Below the pieces are notes generated by a model. It was not told where the DNA came from. It did no database searches and saw only the letters and a list, made by a program, of their open reading frames with translations. A program made the translations under genes and the position numbers. Below, one piece after another: positions 56,900 through 64,000 of a DNA stretch of 64,000 nucleotides (position 1 is the stretch's first letter; every line of letters starts with the position of its first letter). The DNA is from Candidatus Omnitrophota bacterium. GTDB lineage: Bacteria; Omnitrophota; Gorgyraeia; Zapsychrales; Zapsychraceae. Where the stretch lies: contig JANQMA010000026.1 in NCBI GenBank assembly GCA_028280285.1, positions 64,822 through 128,821 on the forward strand, read 5' to 3'.

Positions 56900-59590
56900 T
56901 TAGCTAATCAACGGGTTTTTCTTATCAGGGTTAATGCCTAAGTCTTTTGCCGATTTTTCAAGAGTGTCTTTATCAATCTTTCCGTCTTTATAAAGCGAAC
57001 CGAGGGTCGCAAAAACAATATGCTTCGCATCGACCTCAAAAAAGTCGCGCAGCGCACGGCGTGTTTCACTGCGTCCGAATCCGTCGGTGCCGAGGACAGC
57101 TGTTGTGCCCGGAATCCATTTGGCAATACCTTCAGGGAGAATTTTCATATAGTCCGACGCAAAAGTAAATACGCCTGATTCGGATTCAAGAATTTGTTGC
57201 ACATAAGGTTTTTTAGGTTCATCCGGGGCGTTAAGCAAATTCGTGCGTTCCACATGAAGTGCATCCTTACGTAGTTCAGTGTAGCTGGTGACACTCCATA
57301 CATCGGTGGACACATTGTATTTTTCTTCGAGTATTGTTTGGGCCTCCAGCACGCTGTTTGTAATCGAACCGCTGCCAAAAAGGTGTGCTTTAAGTTCTGC
57401 TTGCTTTGCGGAGGCTTTGAATTTATACATGCCTTTGAGAATGCCTTCATCAATATGCTCGCCCTGCGGTTTGGCCGGCATTTTATAATTTTCATTACCT
57501 ACGCTGACGTAGTAAAAAATATTTTCTTGTTCCTCGCCATACATGCGACGGATACCGTCACGAATAATAACCGGAATTTCATACGCAAAGGACGGATCAT
57601 AGGCCACCATATTCGGGACAGAGGAAAGAAGCACGTGGCTGTGGCCGTCTTGATGCTGGAGACCTTCGCCGTTAAGCGTTGTGCGTCCGGCTGTTCCGCC
57701 GATGAGAAATCCGCGGCAGCGCGAATCAGCGGCAGCCCAAATCAAATCCCCCACACGCTGCGGACCAAACATAGAGTAATAAATATAAAAAGGAATCGTA
57801 TTAATGCCGTAATTGGAATAAGCGGTTCCCGAAGCGATGAAGGAGGCCATGGAGCCTGCTTCGTTAATGCCTTCTTCCAAGATTTGTCCGTCGATTGATT
57901 CTTTGTAATAGAGAAGGCTGTCGGAATCCACCGGTTCATACAACTGACCGACACTTGAGTAAATGCCGCATTGGCGGAACAGGGATTCCATGCCGAAGGT
58001 GCGCGCCTCATCAGGAATGATCGGCACAATCAACTTTCCAATATCTTTATCTTTTAATAACTTTGATAAAATACGCACATACACCATAGTGGTGGAGACT
58101 TCGCGATCGCCGGAACCTTCATCGAACTCGGCGAGTGATTCGGCCGACGGTGTCGGCAGTGGATCATTGGTCTCAGCGCGTTGCGGGACATAGCCGCCGA
58201 GCGCCTTGCGGCGTTCGTGTAAATACTGCATTTCTTCGGAATCTTCCGGTGGCAAATAAAACGGCATCTTTTCGACATCTTCGTCAGAAAGAGGGATGTT
58301 GAACCGCGAACGGAACTGTTTCATTTCTTCTTCGTTGAGTTTCTTCTGATTGTGGGCGACGTTTTTACCCTCGCCACTTTCGCCAAGGCCGTAGCCTTTA
58401 ATCGTTTTACAAAGAATAACACTCGGCCCGTGCTTATAATCAAAAGCCGCTTTATACGCGGCATAAACCTTGGCCGGATCATGGCCACCGCGTTGAAGTT
58501 TTTCGATATCGTGATCAGACATGTTTTCGACTAATTTAGCAACATCTTGATCCTTGCCGAAGAATTCTTTACGGGCATAGCCGCCGTCTTCGACCGAAAA
58601 TTTTTGGTATTGTCCGTCAACGGTCTCACCCATGATGCGGGCCAGTTTGCCGGTTGTATCGTTTTTCAAAAGAGGGTCCCAGTTGCTGCCCCAAACAACT
58701 TTAATGGTATTCCACTGGGCGCCGCGGAAGAGGGCTTCCAGTTCCTGGATAATCTTGCCGTTGCCGCGCACAGGTCCGTCCAAACGCTGCAAGTTACAGT
58801 TAATGACAAAAATCAAATTGTCGAGCTTTTCGCGCGAGGCCATATTGATTGCCCCAAGGGTTTCCGGCTCATCCGTTTCCCCATCGCCAATAAAACACCA
58901 AATCGTTGCATCATCTTTTGGTTTAAGTCCGCGGTTTTCAAGATATTTCATATAACGCGCGTGATACAGCGCATTGATGGGGCCGAGCCCCATAGATACT
59001 GTTGGAAATTGCCAGAAGTTCGGCATAAGCCATGGATGCGGATAAGACGAGAGGCCTTGCTCTTCCTGAAGCTCCCGTCGGAAATTACTTAAATTCTGAT
59101 CATTGAGGCGTCCTTCAATATAAGCCCGCGAATACATTCCCGGTGACGCATGCCCCTGAAAGTAAACAAAGTCGCCGCTAAAATCTTTTGTGCGTGCACG
59201 GAAAAAATGATTAAATCCGACTTCATACAGAGTGGCTGATGAGGCGTACGTCGAAATGTGTCCGCCAATGCCGTTTTCGGCTTCATTGCCTTTGACAACC
59301 ATAGCCATCGCATTCCAACGGACAATACTTTTAATACGCCGCTCGATCTCACGGTTGCCCGGATAATGGGGCTGATTATCGGTACCGATCGTATTGACAT
59401 AAGGCGTGTTAACGGAAAAGGGGAGGGTTACGCCGGCTTCCTGAGCACGGATTTGCAGTCTTTGTAAGATTTCTTTGGCTTGTTCGTGGGATCCGTTTTT
59501 AAGGACATATTCCAGTGAGTCAAGCCACTCGCGGATTTCGATTTCCTTGACTTCTGTGTTATGGGAGTTGGCGGCGCCTTCAGAACTCAT
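56900..59590 (-). CDS. aceE: pyruvate dehydrogenase E1 component, homodimeric AceE type
   Basis: 896 aa single-chain E1 with a ThDP-binding region (GDGETDEPE) and the typical AceE N- and C-terminal domains. Confidence 0.9.
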   Translation of the reverse strand: MSSEGAANSHNTEVKEIEIREWLDSLEYVLKNGSHEQAKEILQRLQIRAQEAGVTLPFSVNTPYVNTIGTDNQPHYPGNREIERRIKSIVRWNAMAMVVKGNEAENGIGGHISTYASSATLYEVGFNHFFRARTKDFSGDFVYFQGHASPGMYSRAYIEGRLNDQNLSNFRRELQEEQGLSSYPHPWLMPNFWQFPTVSMGLGPINALYHARYMKYLENRGLKPKDDATIWCFIGDGETDEPETLGAINMASREKLDNLIFVINCNLQRLDGPVRGNGKIIQELEALFRGAQWNTIKVVWGSNWDPLLKNDTTGKLARIMGETVDGQYQKFSVEDGGYARKEFFGKDQDVAKLVENMSDHDIEKLQRGGHDPAKVYAAYKAAFDYKHGPSVILCKTIKGYGLGESGEGKNVAHNQKKLNEEEMKQFRSRFNIPLSDEDVEKMPFYLPPEDSEEMQYLHERRKALGGYVPQRAETNDPLPTPSAESLAEFDEGSGDREVSTTMVYVRILSKLLKDKDIGKLIVPIIPDEARTFGMESLFRQCGIYSSVGQLYEPVDSDSLLYYKESIDGQILEEGINEAGSMASFIASGTAYSNYGINTIPFYIYYSMFGPQRVGDLIWAAADSRCRGFLIGGTAGRTTLNGEGLQHQDGHSHVLLSSVPNMVAYDPSFAYEIPVIIRDGIRRMYGEEQENIFYYVSVGNENYKMPAKPQGEHIDEGILKGMYKFKASAKQAELKAHLFGSGSITNSVLEAQTILEEKYNVSTDVWSVTSYTELRKDALHVERTNLLNAPDEPKKPYVQQILESESGVFTFASDYMKILPEGIAKWIPGTTAVLGTDGFGRSETRRALRDFFEVDAKHIVFATLGSLYKDGKIDKDTLEKSAKDLGINPDKKNPLIS

Positions 59591-59948
59591 ATTTTGCTCT
59601 TTCTGTTCTATATAAAGGTTAGAATATGTTGAAAAAAGTTGTAAAAGGTTGAAAGAGGGGTTAGGTTACCCAATGTTGCTTAGTGCTAATTAGAGTAACT
59701 TTTTGGAACATCATGCAACGTCAAATCTTTTTTCAACGTTTTCCAACCTATTTAAACCTTTTTGAACCTTAATATATTAATATAGTTATTATGTTTGTGC
59801 TTGTAAGCGAAGCTATTGTAGTATGCAAGGGAGTAATGTGCAAGCATATTTTGCTGTCTAATAGGCAATATAAGGTGATTATTCTGTTGTATGTGCTATC
59901 CATGATTGCTACAATTCTCCTAAGCGCGGAAACTTATTAAAGGACAAT

Positions 59949-61577
59949 ATGGCTCAAATGAAACGGTTTTTAGCGGAAATTGAAGAAAAAAAGGGAATTT
60001 TGTACGTATTTTTGACCGTTGCGACGTTTTCCGTGTACAGTTTTTCCTTACCTAACGGCTTTATTTGGGACGATTATATGGTCCTGGTGGACAATACATT
60101 TGTTCATGACCTTGTGCGTTTACCCGAAGTATTCACCAAAGACTACATCACCTCACCGAAAAATCTTCCTTTTATCGATACAGGGGAATACGGTTCCGGA
60201 GAAGGCAGCTACCGGCCGGTGACCACCTTGATCCATTTTTTGGAATACCGGCTCTGGGGGCTGACACCGTTTTTCTATCATTTGGTCAATGTGGTCTTGC
60301 ATTGCATTATGGTTTGTTTGGTGTTTTGTGTGCTTGAGCTTTTATTTAAAAATCTTTTTATTTCCCTTGTGACGGCCTTGCTGTTTGCGGTTAACCCGGC
60401 CCATAGTGAGGCTGTTTTGACCATATCGTTTCGGGAGGATTTACTGTGCGGCATGTTTTTTATGGCCGCGTTTATTTGTTTTATTAAAGTGTCTGATCAA
60501 AAAAAGCCGCTCTTTTTGATTTTTTCTATTTTGTTTTACTTACTTGCCCTTTTTTCCAAAGAAATGGCGATTACATTTCCGGTTGTATGTATTTACTATG
60601 AGTATTTTTACAAACGAAACAGGTTTGCTACGGCTGATGCGCTCAGACTTTTTGGCGGCCTTGTTCTTGCTTCGGGTTTTTATTTATGGGTGCGTTTTGT
60701 TATGTTTGCCCCGGCGGCCAGTTTTAAAGCGCTGCATCCATCGGACTCGTTTGGTATCAATGTACTTACAATGATCAAGGTAGTGGGTATGTATTTCGGA
60801 TGGCTTTTAACCGGGCTTAATGTTCATCTCACCAAACCTGATCCTTATCTGATCGAGGTATTTTCTAACTTTTCTTCTATTATTGTTTTTGTTGCTATTG
60901 TTCTGACTTGGATATTGTCTTTATTTTTGTCGTTGCCAAAGCGCCCTTTTTTTCAGTTCTCGCTTGTCTGGTTTTTTGTCACAATTCTTCCGGTTTTGGG
61001 CATCATTCCGATTCACAATATTGTGGCCGGACGGTACCTTTATATTCCTTCTATAGGTTTTTTGCTGATGATTACAGGGTTACTGTGGCTTATTAGAAAT
61101 AAACAATTGCAGGTTGTTGGGGTTGTTTTATATGTTGTATTTTTAAGTGTTTTAACCATCGCGCGCGCGTTTATCCTGTATGATGAGTTAACGGCCCGGA
61201 AGGAGTTTGTGCAGTATTATCCGCAGGATCCGCTCAGTTATCGCTCTTTGAGCGCGGCGTATACGCGCCTGGGGCTCGACGATCATGCGACCGGTGTGCT
61301 GGCGCGGGCGGTCGAATATTTTTCTGACGACTTTAATTTACATATGGATTTGGCCCGGGCTTACCGCAAGGAAGGCGAATACCAAAAAGCATTGGATGTT
61401 CTGGGTAAAGTCTTAGGGGAAGATCCTGGCAACTATTATTTGTTAAACGAGAAATGTATTAATTTGGCTCTATTAAAGAAAAAAGAAGAGGCAGCAGCTT
61501 GTTTTGAAAAGATTTTCATGCTTTTTCCCGATGACAAAGTCGCCAAGGAGAATTTTAGGCGCTTTAAACAATATTAA
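59949..61577 (+). CDS. TMTC-like membrane protein (DUF1736 N-terminal polytopic domain + C-terminal TPR repeats), putative protein O-glycosyltransferase
   Basis: It has about 10 TM helices with a conserved DD in the first loop (FIWDDYMV), then TPR repeats (YRKEGEYQKALDVLGK). Confidence 0.55.
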   Translation: MAQMKRFLAEIEEKKGILYVFLTVATFSVYSFSLPNGFIWDDYMVLVDNTFVHDLVRLPEVFTKDYITSPKNLPFIDTGEYGSGEGSYRPVTTLIHFLEYRLWGLTPFFYHLVNVVLHCIMVCLVFCVLELLFKNLFISLVTALLFAVNPAHSEAVLTISFREDLLCGMFFMAAFICFIKVSDQKKPLFLIFSILFYLLALFSKEMAITFPVVCIYYEYFYKRNRFATADALRLFGGLVLASGFYLWVRFVMFAPAASFKALHPSDSFGINVLTMIKVVGMYFGWLLTGLNVHLTKPDPYLIEVFSNFSSIIVFVAIVLTWILSLFLSLPKRPFFQFSLVWFFVTILPVLGIIPIHNIVAGRYLYIPSIGFLLMITGLLWLIRNKQLQVVGVVLYVVFLSVLTIARAFILYDELTARKEFVQYYPQDPLSYRSLSAAYTRLGLDDHATGVLARAVEYFSDDFNLHMDLARAYRKEGEYQKALDVLGKVLGEDPGNYYLLNEKCINLALLKKKEEAAACFEKIFMLFPDDKVAKENFRRFKQY

Positions 61578-61598
61578 ACTATGATATAATGCCCGACT

Positions 61599-62054
61599 AT
61601 GGGAGAGACAATTGCGACAAACAAAAAGGCCTTCCGCGATTTTGCGATTACCGAGAAGTGGGAGTGCGGGCTTGAGCTCATGGGGGCGGAAGTTAAGTCG
61701 GTGCGCAGCGGGCGTGTGAATTTTAAGGATACATTTGCGCGCATTGATGGGGGACAGGTATTTCTTCATAATCTTCATATTGAGAATTACGCGCAAGCGA
61801 GTTATATGAATGAAGCGGAAGATCGTGTTAGAAGGCTTTTGTTACATAAAAGGGAAATAAAGAAGATTGATCAAAAGGCCAGAGAAAAGGGGCTTACTCT
61901 TGTGCCGACCAAGGTCTACTTTAACAAACGTGGTTATGTGAAAGTCGAGATTGGTTTAGGCAAGGGTAAAAAGATGATTGATAAAAGAGAGACGATTAAG
62001 AAGCGTGATGTTAGTCGTGATATTGGACGGATGGTCAAACATAAGAATAGATAG
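61599..62054 (+). CDS. smpB: SsrA-binding protein SmpB
   Basis: The SmpB motifs (IATNKKAFRDFAI and GAEVKSVRSGRVNFKD), a KRE..K C-terminal tail, and the size fit. Confidence 0.9.
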   Translation: MGETIATNKKAFRDFAITEKWECGLELMGAEVKSVRSGRVNFKDTFARIDGGQVFLHNLHIENYAQASYMNEAEDRVRRLLLHKREIKKIDQKAREKGLTLVPTKVYFNKRGYVKVEIGLGKGKKMIDKRETIKKRDVSRDIGRMVKHKNR

Positions 62055-62068
62055 AAAATATTATTTTT

Positions 62069-63625
62069 ATGAACAAATCGACTCTAATTCCTTTATTTTT
62101 AATTTTATTTGTTTCACTTTTTTTAAGGATCTACGGGCTTAATCAGCAAGGACTCACCTTCATCGACGAGGGAACCTTTATTTATCGCGCCAAGACATTT
62201 CAACTTTTGGCCGAGCATTCCCATAATCCCATCCAACAGCCTGCCAATTACGCGGATAAAAAAATACTCTGGCTCCTTTCGGTTATGGCCGTATTGAGCC
62301 TAACGGATGGCTCGACGATTGCTGTTCAGCTTTTTTCCGTGTTGCTGGGCTTGCTTAGTATACTGTTTACCTTCGTTGTGGCCCAAAAGATTTATGGCTC
62401 AAGGGAAATAGGGTTATTAAGCGCAGCTGTTCTCGGTGTGTCTAATTTGCATATTTTCTACAGTCGTCTGGCCATGCCCGAGATGTTGAATTCGTTTTGG
62501 GTATTATTGATGGTTTTATTTTATTTGAATGCCATGGCGAAAGAAAAATCTGGCCGGTGGGCTTTTGCCTCAGGTGTCATGATGAGCTTTTCCTTTTTAA
62601 CAAATGTCTTTCGGGCCGGACTTATGCCCATTGCACTTCTCTTTATGAATTTTGGAATCGGATTACCTAAGACTTTTAAAACCAACAAAGATAAAACGCG
62701 GTGGGGGTTATATCTTTTAACGGCTGTTTTGTCGACGGTCGTTTTGGTTTTCGGTTTATGGCAGGTCTTAAAAATACAAGGCATTTGGTTATCCCCTTAT
62801 GCCGATGCTGTCAAATCATATATTGGCCAGCATTCTTCGGTGGTTTTCAGTTGGCCATCATTTTTGTATGCGTTAAGTTATATATTTTTTACCGAAGGTA
62901 AACATTATGCCGTCGTATTTTTTTGGGGATTATTTTTTATAAGAGGACGTTACTCAACATTGCTTCCGCTTCTGATTATCGGGCCTTATGTCTTAGCCTG
63001 GGCCTTTGTGGATGAGAAGGCGATCCGTGCATTGACGCCTGTATTGCCTTTCATCGCTATGTATGCAGCAGTAACCATTTATAACATCTATGGGCTTTTT
63101 AAGCCGCGATCACGGTTGCTCTTGATGGCGGCGATTGGGCTTTTGATCGTCGGGCAATTGGTGGGTTTGAGGAAAATTTATACCTTCCGCTCTGATCTTC
63201 TCCCGGCAATCGAATATATAAAACAGAAAAATGCAGGCGCGCGTGTTCTAACCACCAATCAACCGATTGCCCTGGCGCACGATTTTGATTTTCATCGTTA
63301 TGCCCAGCTTACCCAGCAGACCGAAGAGGAGGTGCGGATATTAAACCGGCAAGGGTTTAACTATTTGATAACAGATTTTGTTAAGTATGCGGTCAGTTCG
63401 GTTAATGGTTCCGATGGTATTCATATGAATCCATTTGTTATGAAGGTGGAGAAGAACTGCATCCCGCTTAAAACATTCCCGCATTTCAATGAAGGCCTGC
63501 AACGCTGGATGCTGATGGAGGTTAATCAGTATGCCGGTGATGTCATTTGGCTTGATCACCATATCACTAACCAAACCGGCCAACTTAGAGTCTACGATCT
63601 CGATCGGTGTTTGGAGAAGATATAA
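62069..63625 (+). CDS. GT-C fold membrane glycosyltransferase (PMT/ArnT, GT39/GT83-like)
   Basis: 518 aa with multiple TM helices, an acidic motif in the first periplasmic loop (FIDEGTF) and a soluble C-terminal domain. Confidence 0.55.
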   Translation: MNKSTLIPLFLILFVSLFLRIYGLNQQGLTFIDEGTFIYRAKTFQLLAEHSHNPIQQPANYADKKILWLLSVMAVLSLTDGSTIAVQLFSVLLGLLSILFTFVVAQKIYGSREIGLLSAAVLGVSNLHIFYSRLAMPEMLNSFWVLLMVLFYLNAMAKEKSGRWAFASGVMMSFSFLTNVFRAGLMPIALLFMNFGIGLPKTFKTNKDKTRWGLYLLTAVLSTVVLVFGLWQVLKIQGIWLSPYADAVKSYIGQHSSVVFSWPSFLYALSYIFFTEGKHYAVVFFWGLFFIRGRYSTLLPLLIIGPYVLAWAFVDEKAIRALTPVLPFIAMYAAVTIYNIYGLFKPRSRLLLMAAIGLLIVGQLVGLRKIYTFRSDLLPAIEYIKQKNAGARVLTTNQPIALAHDFDFHRYAQLTQQTEEEVRILNRQGFNYLITDFVKYAVSSVNGSDGIHMNPFVMKVEKNCIPLKTFPHFNEGLQRWMLMEVNQYAGDVIWLDHHITNQTGQLRVYDLDRCLEKI

Positions 63626-63690
63626 ATAGTGCCAGGTACTAATTATTAAAGTTATTTGTTTTTCAAGGGCCTGTGTGGTATTTTAAACAT

Positions 63691-63990
63691 ATGATTAGAA
63701 AATCAGACATATTTGCAACAATCGAAAAGAACTCTGAAGAAATCAAGCTTTTAGGAGTCAAGCGTCTGGCTGTTTTTGGCTCATTTTCCCGCTACACACA
63801 AACCAAAAAAAGTGATATTGATATTTTGGTTGAATTTAAACGTGGAAAAAAGACTTTTGATAATTTTATGGATTTAAAGCATCTTCTTCAAAAAAAGTTA
63901 AAGCGCAGAGTTGATCTTGTCACTAAATCTGCGTTAAAACCACAGTTAAGATCTGCTATTGAAAAAGACCTTTCCTATGCGGGACTCTAA
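63691..63990 (+). CDS. MNT-type nucleotidyltransferase (antitoxin of a HepT/MNT pair)
   Basis: It has the minimal nucleotidyltransferase motif (LAVFGSFSR...SDIDILVEF). Its stop overlaps an ATG (taATGtctatcta) that starts a + strand ORF running off the window, presumably HepT. Confidence 0.65.
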   Translation: MIRKSDIFATIEKNSEEIKLLGVKRLAVFGSFSRYTQTKKSDIDILVEFKRGKKTFDNFMDLKHLLQKKLKRRVDLVTKSALKPQLRSAIEKDLSYAGL

Positions 63991-64000
63991 TGTCTATCTA

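Noticed and set aside
61578-62068. tmRNA (ssrA) expected next to smpB
   Set aside because: No tRNA-like 5' GGGGCUG…/3' …GGTTCGAATCC-CCA signature or tag-peptide ORF ending in ALAA-type residues was seen in the flanks of smpB, which are short. ssrA is presumably elsewhere.

Overview
This is a 64 kb chromosomal segment from a bacterium with mid-40s % GC and a Gram-negative-type envelope, so the protein-track calls in 6–13 kb, 15–17 kb and 46.7–49 kb are bamA, skp, lpxD, a fused lpxC-fabZ, lpxA, lpxI, lolCDE and lptFG. The gene order is nonetheless strongly Firmicutes-like: glmU-prs-ctc-pth, rpsF-ssb-rpsR-rplI-dnaB, mcsB-clpC-radA-yacL-ispD-ispF-cysE, and tmk-holB-yaaT(PSP1)...metG. The window is gene-dense and mostly housekeeping, with about 65 CDS, including lysS, metG, tsaE/tsaB, alr, pyrE, smpB, and a minus-strand pyruvate dehydrogenase operon (aceE-E2-lpd) followed by a small histone-fold gene. 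No rRNA, tRNA, tmRNA or CRISPR was recognised.

Two things stand out. First, almost every intergenic gap holds a long imperfect palindrome, and these fall into at least seven sequence-distinct families, each built from short tandem sub-units (tagcg, gttta, gttgtt, gatgctag, tagttagtaattggtaatt, cctattcaactg, gtgataaagtgat). One copy is inserted in the 3' end of chrA and is flanked by a duplication of about 57 bp of the gene end, which points to mobility. Second, an accessory stretch at about 39.3–46.7 kb carries gmhB, a lipoprotein, an SDR, a GNAT, a RelE/ParE toxin-antitoxin pair, a SAM methyltransferase, a PHP phosphoesterase with a Zn ribbon, and a minimal UvrD-like helicase. It is punctuated by about 100-nt direct repeats that abut the start codons of gmhB and the methyltransferase. 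The PHP-helicase pair is the best candidate here for an undescribed nuclease-helicase module.

Other oddities are a tmk split by a -1 frameshift, an in-frame Maf-M48 lipoprotein-peptidase fusion, near-identical lipoyl domains on E2 and E3, and an MNT nucleotidyltransferase whose HepT partner starts at the window edge. Non-ORF coordinates were derived by hand and may be off by 1–2 nt.
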